Shown in pieces: positions 48,561 to 61,792 of a stretch of DNA of 64,000 nt (the stretch's first letter is position 1; every line of letters starts with the position of its first letter). Below the pieces are notes generated by a model. That model was not told where the DNA came from and did no database searches. It saw only the letters and a list, made by a program, of their open reading frames with translations. This DNA comes from Eukaryota sp. GEM-RC1 (taxonomy: Eukaryota): assembly GCA_040285855.1 (NCBI GenBank), contig JAUFOQ010000016.1, positions 1,364,001 through 1,428,000 on the forward strand. The letters are read 5' to 3'. The translations under genes and the position numbers were made by a program.

Positions 48561-49014
48561 CAACAATGTCATGGGTCGCCTTCAGAATTGAAACAATTCA
48601 CAAGTACCTAAGGAATATCCTTCCCCAACGTTAAAGAACATCCCAGACTGTCTTTGACTCTTTACAATTAGTGACATAGAGAGAATGACAAAACAAGTTG
48701 TTTGACTAATTGCTATTACGTTATTGGGGTCGTTGGATCTCAGTATTCCTAGAATTTCTCGAGGAATAGAATTAACTCCGCTTTCGTAGAAACAACAACC
48801 AACGGCAACAATATAGTATAAACAATTGGTGAACAAATATTGCGCATTCTGATTAACAAACAAGCTGAAAAGAAGGCGTATCAAGAAGTCAGAAATCAGA
48901 ACAGGTGAACAAGTACTGTCCAATGCGGAGAAAAGGGTGAGGACTGTTTCAACAACCAATTACACTTCCACTTTGGTTACAAACAAATGCTCCCACAGTT
49001 CTTTGAATTGCTCA

Positions 49015-52000
49015 ATGTGCGAGTTCTTCTCTGGAGCGTTGTGGGTTCCATCTACTTGTTATTCGCTCTATGTTACTTGGGCCGCTTCTTCGGCCTCTTA
49101 TCCTCTTTTTGCTGAACTTTATCCTTCCCAAAACCCACTTTTTCTCTCTAAGATCACTAAGATTGGGTTTACTAAGTGGCTGTTTGAAATGTTCTGATAT
49201 CCATATAATATCAAAGTCCTTCAAATTACGCATTGGTGTTCTAAATGTCCGATTCTCCCCATTCCCTACTAAATCAGCTCCCCGTCTGTCTGTATCTATT
49301 CGTGGCTTTCAAATGACTGTATTTGCCAATGCAAAACGCTCCGAAGACCTTCGCGAAATCATTAAATCACGTCTCAAAGCTAAGATTGATCGTCTCAATC
49401 AACAACGTCAAGGCAAAGACTTCACTCTGGATTCACGTGACTTTGCCTCCCCAATCTCTTTCAGCGATGTCCTCTCCTTCCTTGATCTACCTATCCCTAC
49501 CTTTTCTCAAACACCTTCCCTTCCAAAGTCTTCCCTTCCATTCTTCTATCGTCTTGTTGCTCAAACCTCCATCAAGATCCACCACGGAACCCTTCTCATC
49601 GGTAATAATCGACTTCCCAATGTAATGATTGGTTCATTTGCTTCTGTTACTGGTGTCCACGAGGCTGTCTCCTGCTCCAACTCCATTGATCCCTACAGAA
49701 CAATCACTAAACTCACCCTCCTCCAAGTTTCTTTCAAGACAGCTCAGAACCAGGACTACTCTCCGGCCCCTCCTCCTCCCCACTCTCATTCCTCTTCATC
49801 TCTCTCTTCCTTCTCTGCTGGTACTGGTGACTACTCTCTAGAAACTGATGCTCTAATGAGACTAGGTGCCTTTCTCTACGACCACGATCCCTCCCTTCAA
49901 CAATGTGTTGACTCTTTCACTTCCTCTCTTCTTCAACCTCAGGACGACTTCTTCACTCGTCAGGCTGAGTATTGGAAGAAGATTGACCAAACTGCCACCA
50001 CTGAAACAATATTCGAAACGGAATCCATGGTTGTAGTCTACTATTATGATGCGATTGACCCTGATTATAAACCTGAACCACTTGATGACGAGGAAACGTC
50101 GGATATGACGTCATTGATTGAGTCAAGTGCTGCATACGGTGTGGAAGTTCGATTTACCTCAAAAGTAAAACTTCGATATGGTCCATGGACAGAACGTCTT
50201 CGACAAGTTTCCCAACGTTTCTTTTACCCTTTCCAATACGATACTCGTCCTCTAGTTGACCTCAACGATCCTCTGACTGAACGTCTCTATCTTTTCATGG
50301 TTGCCTCTGTTAAATTCGATGCTCAGTGTTCAGTTGTTGTTCCCTTTAGACGAATGCTCAACAGCGTACAGCGTCTTTCTGGTGATAATCCCCACTTAGA
50401 TTCCCTTCCTTTAAGTGGATGTATGTCGGTTAACATTGGATCTGGAAGTTCAATTGATGTGCTTCAGCCTTGGTATGATTTGGAAGATGCAGGGATGATT
50501 AGTAGTATTGATTGTGGACTTCGGAACGTGACTGTCACGTTTCATGACGTGGCAAATGGATATGGCTCAAAAATCCCACTGCTTCAATCAAATCTGATGG
50601 ATATCAAGGTCGGAATGGCTTACCCTAGACAGTGGAACGGAGTTTACAAGACTCTAGTTGACGTATCCTCTCCAAATGCCAAAATCAACTACTTTTCTGA
50701 TCTTTTAGACGTTTCTCAAGACTTAGCCGCTGACTTCAGCTCAGGAGCTCCTCTGTGGAACCTGTCTAACTACTTTCCCACTGAGTATAACATTAACTTT
50801 AGGTTCAAGGAGTGTACCACGACTTTGAATGCTTCTTATAAGAACATTCTCAATACAAGGCTCCCTGATTTAATGCATACTAAGGCAGTTCTTAAATCAT
50901 CAAATTTGACTGGCTCTGTCACGTCACCTATGACTATCTTTAAACCTCCCTTTATTACACATTCAATTTCTCTTTCCAGCGACTCCAGTGTTTTCTCAAT
51001 TGTCTATCCCAATTGTTCTCCAATGGCAATGTTCTCAAAGACTTCTTCTTCAGACATTGCTCTGGGAAGTCTGTCTGTTGATGGTTATTACAAGGGTCAC
51101 TATGAGATCTTGAGGGACAATGTTGACCAGTTTGTGATGAATGTGTCTCTAGAAGGAGTTGATGGAACAGTATTTGGTCCTGAGATATACATTGGAAAGC
51201 AGATCCTGGCTAACTACTTTGGTTGGGATGCTTGTCCGATTACTTTAGAAGAGTTTGGTGAGTACAACTTCCAGAATAAGCTAAGTGAAGACCGATGGAA
51301 TAGGAAAACTAGATGGGGTGATGGTTCTGTCAAACTGTTCAACTCCTTTGAGTCCGCTGTAAGTCTTGGTCTCCGTCACTCTCGTATCTCTGTTCCTTGT
51401 GATGCCCTTGGATCTAGACAAGTTGTAATCGGACTCCCTGAGCTTTCCTTTAACACCCATAACTTAGATGGACTTTACACTTCAGCAGTGAAAGCTCCCC
51501 TAGTGACAGTGTTCAACCAGAACCTTGCTGGTCTTGATTCTGGTACCCCTGACCTGGCAATATCTAATCTTTCTGTCTCTCTTACTGGTTACTACACTCC
51601 TTCCCCAGCGATTGAGTGTTATTTCTATCAAATGAGTATTGGGGTTGAAGCCGTTACTGGGGAGAGTTCTCTATCATTTTTGATGGATCTGTCTGATATG
51701 GCAGAGCAATCATCTAAGATTATGAAGTTGCCCTTCTTGAACGATCCTTCTGGAAAAGCTGAAGTTCCCGATTTCTATAATAATTTAAAAATGCCCTTAA
51801 GTCTGACTATTGTCAATATTCAATCTGTAATGGTGTCAATCTCTCTAACCTCCACTTCCCTCCTCTCTTTAACTTTGGCTGATGGAGTCCGATACTACTC
51901 TGAAGCTGCTCATCGTTTCAATAGGTCATCTGTCTCTACTGTTCAAGTTCCAGACTTCGCTGTAAAGATGCTGGTCCCAGTCAATCAATCACGTGATCAT

Positions 52001-55000
52001 TCGAAAACTTCCGTAACTGGAAATATGTTGTGTGTTGTGGATTTATCGTTACCATTGGCGTTTTCTCAGATCTATCAATCATCTTTTTCTCATCAGGACA
52101 GTGATTACAATGATTGGTTGAAGACGTGCGATGTTGATTATGACCGGATGACGTCTATATACGGGAATGATTGGAATATTACCAGTATTTTCGACCCTCT
52201 TCATGATCTCCTTTCATCTCCTCTTCTAAACACTGTTGCTATAGACACAGTCGATGACCTTCCTGATTCAGATCAATCAGATGACGAATCTTCGATTGAT
52301 GAGACTGATATCCTTGTTGACGACTTCAACACTGCTAGAGGTGATGCTGACTCCTTAAGTGACCGCAGCATCGACTCGTTGTCCTTTAGAACAGACAGCT
52401 CCATGCACTCCCACCAATTCAGTGACTTCTTTAGAGTTTTCCATGATGAGTATTCCTTTGACTTGGATCTCCTCAAAGACCGATTCAAGAGCAACATCTA
52501 CAAGTCACACTCACATCGTCTCTACTCAACCCCCACTCTTCTGTTGTCCCTTCTTCGTCAACTCCAACTTCATGGACCTTTGTTGATTGTCCTTCACTGT
52601 CGGTGTTTGTATCTCCTCTGTGTATTACTTTTGTAGCTGAGTTGTTGAATTCTTTACAAGGAGTGGACGTCGTGGATCGAATTGGAAAGTCCTTGGTTAA
52701 TTATGGAATTTCTGAGTACCGGACTGAACAGACTACATCTGACATTGACTCAAACATGTCGTTCAAAATTTCAAATATTCTACTGGAACTACCAGCCTCC
52801 GCGTATATCGTTGACGTTCCAGTTGTCAAAACCTCTGCCCCTGAATCCCCCACTATCACAGTCAAAAACAACGTCCTTTTCTCTTCCGTCTCCATCAATT
52901 CTCTCTCTGGAGCTCTCAGAAAGGTAGCTAGAAGTGGTGATACATCAGTATCATTGAACCTTGACAACCTCGTAGTTGATCTCTCTCGATTTGACCAGTC
53001 AGCTTTTGTTGTTAATCAGTTATTAGAGGGGTTACACCCTTATTGTTTCCAGTTGAAACTTGAAGAAGTTTCATTGACTACAGTAGCTCGAAAGAATGAT
53101 TGGGGTCTCATCAAATTTGATTGTAAACCTGTAACTGCAATGATTTCTAGAAATCTCTACAGTGCGGTGCTTGCGTTGAAACATGTACTTGACACTAAAT
53201 TTGAAAAATTCAATAGTATTCGCTCTAATTCTGAATATACCCAAATTTCTGAAATTGGAGAGTCACTAGTTAACGAACTAATCATTAAAGATAGCTCATA
53301 CGCTCTCTTGTCTCACCCTAAAAGAATTAGGACGATGATTCAAGTATTTAGAGTTCTTGGAAGCAAAGAACGTTAATCTCAAGAAGTTAATGTGTAGCAA
53401 AAGTTTATTAATTCCTCTCAAACACCTCCTTCTAATTCTTTCTTGGATTCCTACAAGTTTAGAGTGTTTGTATCAGTGGAAAGTATTGGTCTCCAATTGA
53501 GCTCTAATGATGCTCGTACGCCAGCAACTGATTGTTCATTTACTGATTTTAAAATAACTGGTCAAATTTCAAATAATTCTCTAATTAACGTCTCTCTCGA
53601 CAACATCAACCTCAACCTCTCCCCACTTGTTACGATTGTCTACGTGGCACTCAACGCCCAGTTGGGTCTTCCTTCTTCAGTCACCACTGATGATAATGAC
53701 TTCTCTTCAGATGATGAAGATGGATTAGGACAGTACAATCCTTTTGAAGCGTATGATCTTCTTAGACAGAAGACAACTGGTTCTACTCCTTTGACTGCCA
53801 TGACGTCATCACCTGCCCGAATGGGAGGCATTCATAAGTTTGATGATAGTGTTGTCGGTTACAGCAGACTCATTGTAGAGCTCTTCAGATCAAGTCCATT
53901 AAATGACTCTCAGAAAGCAGTAGTTCGCCCTCAATCAATTACGCCATCAAAATCAATCACCACAGTCAAATTCACCATTAATCAGGTTGGAATTAGTCTA
54001 GTTGGAGTGAATGGGGGTCAAACCATTTCTTGCTCTTCCTTTTACACTACTCTAGTCAAAACTCCTGACGTTACTTCTGCTTGTTTCTCTCTTTCATCAG
54101 TTAGAACTTACTTCATGTCGGAAGAGATGACGTATGATTTTGGAATCTGTATGAACAACCTCAAGTTCTTACATACTCAAGCGAATGAAGTTCAATCAAA
54201 TCAGGTTCTAATCAATAGCTTTTTGATTGATGTTCCTTTCATGTCTGATTATTGGATCCTTCCTAAACTGATTTTAGAAGAGTTCTCTCCGAGTTCCTTC
54301 AAAGTTCCTTCTCTCATGACTAACGTGACACGTGGCGATGAGCTCCAATCACAGATTTCTTCAGAAGTCAGCGCTCCTCTCATTAGAATATATGCTAGAC
54401 ATAAGAATAAGCTTCCAAAACAATGGATGATGCTGTTAGATAACGTTTCCAGTGCTTCTAAGGTATCACAGCCCACAGAAAGTCAAGCAAAGTCAGCAGT
54501 GACGTCATCACCTCCAACCAAAACAGTTTTCACTGTTGTTATCGACAACTTCACTGTTTCATCTCTTTTGAACGAACATTATTTAAATTTATCATCACTG
54601 ATGTCGTCTTCAACTCCTCCACTCAACAACTAAATAACTTACTACTAAACATCTCCACGATAGACTTAGAATTCACTCCGGTTGTTCCTGCCCAGTTAAA
54701 CGATCGGAACACCTCCCCTTGTTTCTCTGACCTGTCCTCTGAACCCAAGTCTCTCTCCTCTGATAATGGCCTCTTTGTTGCTGGTTCAACTGACGAGGAA
54801 AGTGATGGTCTGTTTGGTGAAGAAGAAGAAGTTCAAAAGAAGATGGATTCTGAGTACGAAGAATCCAGAATTACTATTGGAAACGACGAGTACGTTGTTC
54901 TAATGCAAAACAAGAAGATCTACTCGTTCTCACGTTTATTCTTCACTGGTGTCAACACTGCTGAAGTTTTGAAGGCCAAGGTTTTCTTTGCACCAATGTC

Positions 55001-58000
55001 CAATACTATTACTACTGAAATGGTGTCCTTTATGGCCCTTCTACAGACTAAGATCACTGAAGAATGGTCCACTTATTCAGATAAGATTTCTGAGTTGATT
55101 AAGACTTCTAAGAAGTATACGGACGACGCGAAGGATTTGTTGGATGCATCGTCAGCAGTCCAAATATCTAAAAAGTTTGAAATTTTGGTGAATTTTACTG
55201 CTGTCAGTTTAATCTGCCCAACTCCAGCTGCCTCCGCGGCGGTCAAATTATCAAATTTAAAAATTTCGTTCAACAACACTGGACCTGCTGCTAAATTCTA
55301 CTTCTTAATTGACAAAATTAAATTCCAATTAGCCTGCAAAAATCTCTTATTCATGGATGATTGTTCTGATTCTCAATCCCAAACTTCCTATTACCGTCCA
55401 TCACTCACCAATGGAAGTCAATCAGCTCAATTCTCCGACAATGTTGACGCCACTCTTTCCAAAAACGACGTTATTTGCATGGAACTCATCACATCTATTT
55501 CAATTTCCAACTCTGACGATTCTCTTACCAATCCTCAACCAGACCTTCTATTCTTGTCCGTTTCAGTTAGTAATACCTTGGCCATTGTCAGACCAATGAC
55601 CTCACAATGTTTATCTTTAATTTCATCTAGTTTCATGAGAGCCTATGCTTCTGTTGAAAGCAGGAGAGTTATTGCCTCATTGCCTGCTGGTTTCTCTGCC
55701 AACGACTTACAAGAAGCTCTAGCAGGAATCAAGGATAGGTCAAAAACTGCCGGTCAGTCGTGGTTCAGCTCAAAATCATTCCTCGTCTCAATCTTATTTG
55801 ATTCCACTGCTCTGGTGATCCCTTCCGCTTTAACAAAGGTCAAAGTCTCTAGAGATCGTCCCCTATCTCTTCTCTACACTCACTTTGACTCTATATCTAT
55901 TGGGGGAGACTCGCACCCACTTCTAATGGCTTCACTACCCAAGCTAAGCTTTCCATCTCTGAGGTTCTCCTAACTGGTTTACTTGTACCTCAACAGATTG
56001 AAACTAAACACGTGTTAAAGCTAAAGGATTCTCTGCACTACACTCATGGCTTGTTCAAGGTCAATGATATCCTTCTGTCACTAGCAGCGGATCGACTTGA
56101 TGATGGATTATCCATTGGTGGTAAACTCTCTGTACCTCCTTGTCTACTCTCCTTTAATGAAAAGTTCTTCCAAATCATTTCTAATGTCGCTACAGCTTTT
56201 GGAACAGTTGCTTCAGCTTCAGATACCTCTCAAACGGTGAGTGAGTCTGGTTCTTATGTTGGATCAACCTCAACCTACGACCGCTCTTTCCAACCTTCCG
56301 AGTCCTTCTCTGGAGCTCCAGCTGATCTACCAATGTTAGTGCCAGTTTCTGATACGAAGACCTCTGTTAAGGTTAACTTCTCTGCTCATGTCGGGTCTCT
56401 GTCAATCTCGTTGTGTAGTTATAAGGCTGGAAAGCTGACTAAGTTTAAGAATATTTCAAATGAAAAGTCAAAGTTGTTGAGATTTCCTGAGATATTAAAT
56501 TTTCCACTCTCCCCTATTTCTGTCCACACCTATTACAGTTCCATTTCCCAAGAAGAATCTTCCCCGATTACTAGCCTCAAACTAAAACTCTGCTTACTCT
56601 CAGAAATGTCTCTCTCTATTACCCCAGAGATTCTGGCATTTGCACTAGACTCCATTCCTACAGCTTCAGATAGTTCTACAGTTAAGTTTGTGTCAACCTC
56701 TGACATTAGGTCTCAGATTAAAGTGTTAAAGTCAACCCAGAAGGCGACTGAAAAGACTAGACGAAAAGATGCATTGAAGGGAAGAATATTTGAGACGAAA
56801 GCAAAATTTGAATGTTTTAAATTCTGCTCAAGGTGTGACCATGATACAGGTCGAAATTCCTGGCGTTTCTATTAAAGCAATTAATCACAATGACGTGACA
56901 GCAGTCGGATTCAAGAAGTTGAGTGTTTTTGGATCATCCACTCTATCTGATTCGATTGTCTCCCACACAGTTACTTCTACAATCAAGGAAATATCACTTT
57001 CCGTTTCTGCTCCCAATCAAATCTTCTCAATCAATCAATCTGCGTCGTCTCTCACGTTCTCTACTACAGTTGGATTTTTCCCTCTTCCAGTAGTTTCTGG
57101 TGTGGTCCTATTAGGTAAGAATGAAATCAATCTATCATTGCCTAATTTGGCTTTAATCAGCTCAGTATTACATCCTTGGATGACGATACTTTCCAAAAAG
57201 AATTTGGACTATCAAGGAATTGAGAATTCTGAAGAGAAGATTGTCTCTGAAGAAACTGAATCAGCTAAGAATCCAATGTTTGTCGAAGTATTCATCGACA
57301 AAACAACAATCAAATCTGATCTTGGACCTGAAATAGGCAATCTCAAGTTCTCAATCAACTCCATTCGAAGTCATGCCCAACTTCTTCCCACTCTAGAAGA
57401 GTTCACCCAGTCGTCAGCCATTGTTCTCTTTGACTCGATCTCCTTGACTTCCTTTGGATGTCTCTCGATCTCCTCTCAGTTGAAGAGTTGTTCTTTGGTT
57501 TCGGTTAAGAACTTTAGTTCACCAACACCTATTCCTAAGTTACGAATGTTGTTGTCAAACTTCTCTTTTGATACCGAGTTTGAGGTTGTTCGCATTCTTT
57601 TCTGTCAGTTTTCAACTCTTGCCTTCTTCTCCGCTTTTGACCACCACTCATCAGATTTGATTAATTGGCTAGTGATTGATAACTTCAAGGTCGCTGTGTC
57701 GTCACTCACAACTCCTTCCCTGTTCAATCTATCAAAGAAACTTAGCAATTTCTTTGAAACTGCTAAAGTTGGAATTCTATCTGAATTGAATTTCACTCCA
57801 ATTGAAAACAATTCTATTGTCCTCATCAAGCCTCTCAACGCAGTACTTCCTTCGAGATTTACTTTAGTTCTGTCCAACATTTCCCTTAACCTTTTCACTC
57901 GGTCATTACGTGATTCTGAGTGGATCTCTTTGTTAGGAGAAGAGGTCAGTCTTTCCTTTTCTCAGACTGTAATTGAAAAAGTTGAGGAACCTTTGATTGT

Positions 58001-58543
58001 TCAACGTCAAATCGACCTCCTTCTAGTTAAGAATGAACTGTCTAAGTTAACTATCAGAAACTCCCATTCTGATGACGTTTCTGTTAGATTATCCAATCCT
58101 CATGTTAAGTTCTTGGTTAGAATTCCAGGAACGGAGGTAGCCTTTTGTCACAAGAAATGGAACAATGTCAAGAAATTATTGGTGAAATTGATAGTAAGTT
58201 TGATGGTCCTTTCTTAATAGCTTTTGATAAGACCAGATATGATTATTTAATTTCTACAATGAAGACTTTCATTGCACAACTGCCTGTTTCATCCAGCACT
58301 TCGACAGCCGTTGTTCCCTCTGCTGCCTCTAACTTGAAATACTCTTTTGGATTGTCGTTCAATCCAGCAATCCAGTTTCTAGGCAATCACAAGATTCCTT
58401 TTGGTAGTTTCCTCTCTCAGTTTACTAATTCTGAGCCCAAGGACCTTGTTCCTGAAATTATCCACCAGCAAGTAATTTCTTTGATTGATATGATTGTTGA
58501 TGGTTCAGCTTCTTTGGTTTATACTTTAGATACAATTTTGTAA
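49015..58543 (+). CDS. BLTP1: Bridge-like lipid transfer protein 1 (KIAA1109/Csf1/Tweek), ~3,100 aa across several frame breaks
   Basis: GTLLIGNNRLP, VYYYD, LRYGPWTERLRQVSQRFFYP, YPRQWN, DLAADFSSGAP, NYFG match BLTP1/Csf1 N-terminal motifs. Beta-strand-rich same-strand ORFs tile 9.5 kb without real gaps. Confidence 0.8.
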
Positions 58544-58832
58544 TACTATTTCGGAAATAAATTTGATGTATATTTTTCGTTTAAGATGAAGTTGTTTGTT
58601 ACACGTTCTTCATTTCTGTTGATCAACGAATATAGACTGAAAACGAAAACCTGTAAGGAATGTCTCGTCGCAATAGAACTCCAACTGATACCATCAGCTA
58701 ATGTAGAAACTCACATAGAAAACTGTCTTCTGTATTTGTGATACATGCATATTTGTTTTCAATCAAATTCTTCTCACATCTTCTTTCAAACCCAAGTGAC
58801 TTTCACCCTTATTCTTCTTTTCCTGGCTCTTC

Positions 58833-59450
58833 ATGTTTATAGTTACAACAATTAAAGATTGTGTTGCGATTGAACCACACAAATTTGGCGAGAAACTTGA
58901 TATTGCCATAGAAGACTCAATTAATAGCCGTTATTCAGGAAAAGTGCTTTCAGACCATGGTATTTGTATATCAATGTGGGAACTTATGGATATGAGTGAT
59001 CCTTTTATTTTCCCTGGTAAAGGAGAGTCATACACCTGGGTGACATTCAAAATGCTCCTATGGCAACCCATGGTTGGTGAAATAGTCTCTGGTAAAGTTC
59101 TGAGTTGTTCTAAAGAAGAAGGCATCACAGTCTCCTTAGGTTTCTACGATGAACTCATCGTTCCTCCTACTCAAATGATGCCCAATACTTCTTTTGATGA
59201 TATTGATAACCTATGGACATGGGCTTACACTGAAGACTATGATCTGCCGATTGATATAGACCATTCAATTGCTACCAGGATAACTGATGTCACGTATCCT
59301 CTCGCCAAACCAAAAATCAAACCAGATCCAAAGAAACAACTGGAAGTTGATCAAGAAGAGGAAGAAACACCATCTGCTATACGTGTTGTTGCTTCCATTG
59401 CTGAAACAGGACTCGGAATGAAAGATTGGTGGACGAATTCCGAAGAGTGA
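58833..59450 (+). CDS. RPC25: RNA polymerase III subunit RPC25/RPC8
   Basis: MF...IKD.V.IEPHKF, GKVL..HGICI, IFPGKG, PMVGEIVSGKV, VSLGFYDELIVP, GLGMKDWW. Confidence 0.92.
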   Translation: MFIVTTIKDCVAIEPHKFGEKLDIAIEDSINSRYSGKVLSDHGICISMWELMDMSDPFIFPGKGESYTWVTFKMLLWQPMVGEIVSGKVLSCSKEEGITVSLGFYDELIVPPTQMMPNTSFDDIDNLWTWAYTEDYDLPIDIDHSIATRITDVTYPLAKPKIKPDPKKQLEVDQEEEETPSAIRVVASIAETGLGMKDWWTNSEE

Positions 59451-59790
59451 TATTTCTGCAAGTAAACCTAGACAAGTTTGGTATTGTTGTGGAGCGTTTT
59501 GTTTTCAGTCAAGTTTTATTTAAACTTGACTGTTTGTGAGGGAAACAATGATTTATGTTCACAAAACGATGTGAATTTCGTTGCCAACCAGTAGTGACTT
59601 TATTTATTGTATTGTTTTTCAGAGCTATTTTTTGTGCACAAATCAATTGTATTGCCCAATCAATTATTCTTTTGTCGGAATATTGTAGAAAAAACAATAA
59701 ATCCTTTAGTACAATCATGGTATCAATACATGCAAGAAACTGAAACTCTTGAATTGAAACTGTTGAATCTCATAAAAGTAAAATTAATCT

Positions 59791-59880
59791 AAACTATGAT
59801 CCTTCTGTCCATCACCGATCAACTTACCTAAAATTGAATTAAAATATCTGTGCATTGATCCAAACAACGCAAATGTTTAA
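59791..59880 (-). repeat. 3'-end fragment of the non-LTR family at 61793-62440
   Basis: GATCCTTCTGTCCATCACCGA.CAACTTACCTAAAATTGAATTAAAATATCTGTGCATTGA is shared with 61803-61863. Confidence 0.8.
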
Positions 59881-60058
59881 ATTAAAGATGATGCAAACAG
59901 AATTTGCAAAGTTTATTAAGTTTATTAATTGTACAATGTTTTACATGTCAAATGACCAAATTAGACACCTCAAGAACCAGTATGTCTATTATTAAAAGAT
60001 AACTATTTACAATTCTTTCAAGAAACTGTTCTTCCCCCAAAAAGAATTAGCCACTTAC

Positions 60059-60766
60059 TCAACTCTTGTCATGACATTGTAGAGCTAGTTCCAGACACTG
60101 TTTAAGTCGCGAGTTTTCCTCTTCCAAACGACTTATTTTAATTTTTTGAAGATCACAAAGTGAGTTGTCTGCTGAACACTGCTTCAATCTTTCAAATATT
60201 CCCTGCAGCATTTGTTCAATTTGACCTGTTTCTATTGAGCTCTGAGTAATTGAGGTGGACACATTATCATCAATGGGATAGTTAGAAAGCATTTTCTTAA
60301 TGAATTCAATAGATTGTTTACAGATTGATTGAAGGGCCTCTCGTTGAGATTGTAGAGAGACAACTTCTTCTTTAAGTACAGCCGCAGTGAAGTTGTGATG
60401 TTCTTTTAGTTTTTCACACGACGTACAATTCTGATGAATATCTTGAGTCTGCTGACGAGGTGGAGGCTTGGAAACTGGAGGTTTTTTGTCAAGTTGAAGT
60501 GACGGAGTGGATGTAAATGAATCTGGAAGATCCTTGAAAGATACAGACTGTGTACTTTCAGGCGAAAACGATCCTATTGATGTGATGTTAGCTGGATAGT
60601 TTGAAGTGGGTGGTTTGTTGGAAAAGGGTTGAAGATTTCGGGTGACTTTTGGAGTAGGTTTAAAGAAGGATTCATTGTCAGACTCAGAGCTCTCAACGTC
60701 TGACATACCAACAGGCTTAAAGCGTCTTCGCCTGGGAGTATTGGTGCGTCTTCCGATTCTAATCAT
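60059..60766 (-). CDS. Hypothetical protein with low-complexity N-terminus and coiled-coil C-terminus
   Basis: 235-aa intact ORF; heptad-like KISRLEEENSRLKQCL. Confidence 0.65.
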   Translation of the reverse strand: MIRIGRRTNTPRRRRFKPVGMSDVESSESDNESFFKPTPKVTRNLQPFSNKPPTSNYPANITSIGSFSPESTQSVSFKDLPDSFTSTPSLQLDKKPPVSKPPPRQQTQDIHQNCTSCEKLKEHHNFTAAVLKEEVVSLQSQREALQSICKQSIEFIKKMLSNYPIDDNVSTSITQSSIETGQIEQMLQGIFERLKQCSADNSLCDLQKIKISRLEEENSRLKQCLELALQCHDKS

Positions 60767-60810
60767 GAGGAATGTGTAATGGAATTTCGAGAATTATTTT
60801 TTCAACTCTG

Positions 60811-61474
60811 ATGCCTTTCAACCTCTTTGGAAAGAAAAAACAACCTGTAGCTAAGCCTCAAGATACAGGTGACATTCTAGAAAAACAACGTCAGCAAATT
60901 GAAGGTCTGGAAAAGCGATACGAATATGTGGAGAAGAAAATATCCGGTTGTGACCAGCAGGCTCGTGAATATGTTAAGGCAGGAAACAAGCGAGGGGCTA
61001 TGAATGCTCTGAAACGCAAAAAGACTTTTGGAAGGTCAGCTCCGCACTATTGACGGCATTCGAAATAACGCTGAAACTCTTATGGCTACTCTTGAAAGTA
61101 GTACAATGGAACAACATGCTCTTTCTGCCTTCTCCGAAGCAGCTCAACATCTCAAACAACGCCAAAACTTCATGGATGCTGATGATATTGCTGAGCAAAT
61201 GGACGACTTACGTGAAGTTATGGACAACGCTCAGTCGGTCTCCGATGCTATATCTCAACCGCTGATGGATGGAATGGGCTTTGAAGAGGATGATATCATG
61301 GCAGAGCTTAACGAACTAGAAAACGAACATGTTCAGTCTGAACTTCTATCACTTACTGACTCTGTGCCTTCTTCAGGAACAAGAACTGCTGAACAACAAC
61401 CAGCTGCCCCTCAACCACCTCAAAGAACTGAAACTGACGACCTTGAGGATTTGAAGAAGATGGTTTTTGATTAG
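60811..61474 (+). CDS. SNF7: ESCRT-III subunit Snf7/Vps32/CHMP4 (frameshift near 61027)
   Basis: FNLFGKKK, LEKRYEYVEKKI, NKRGAMNALKRKK-TLEGQL, MDDLRE, VSDAISQP, EDDIMAELNELE. Removing one T joins the two ORFs. Confidence 0.93.
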
Positions 61475-61792
61475 AGTGTTTTTGGATTTATTGTGGGGCT
61501 ATTGGGTGTCTATTTGTATAAAAAATCGGTAATTGTTTTCAACTTTTGTATTAAAACCTTTTTTTTAGTTTATAAATGACTCAATTTCAGTTTTGAATGA
61601 TGGTTGAAATGGGGAAAGCTGAACATAATACGTGTTGGAATTCTGCTGAATTTTTGATGATTTCAAAAAATACAATGAGGATCTATAATAGTATTTTATC
61701 CGTGTCCGCAAAACAACGGGGTTTATGATCAGTCAGTGAAATAAATGCATTTGCAGAAGTTGATAACTAACAGACACTAACTAAAGTATCTA

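Noticed and set aside
48582..48959. Possible small membrane protein
   Set aside because: No ATG start and no recognisable family; may be real but cannot be supported from sequence alone.
49015..58543. Several separate genes or tiny introns in the BLTP1 region
   Set aside because: ORFs overlap or abut in shifted frames with continuous protein character; no consistent GT-AG or branch signals noticed.
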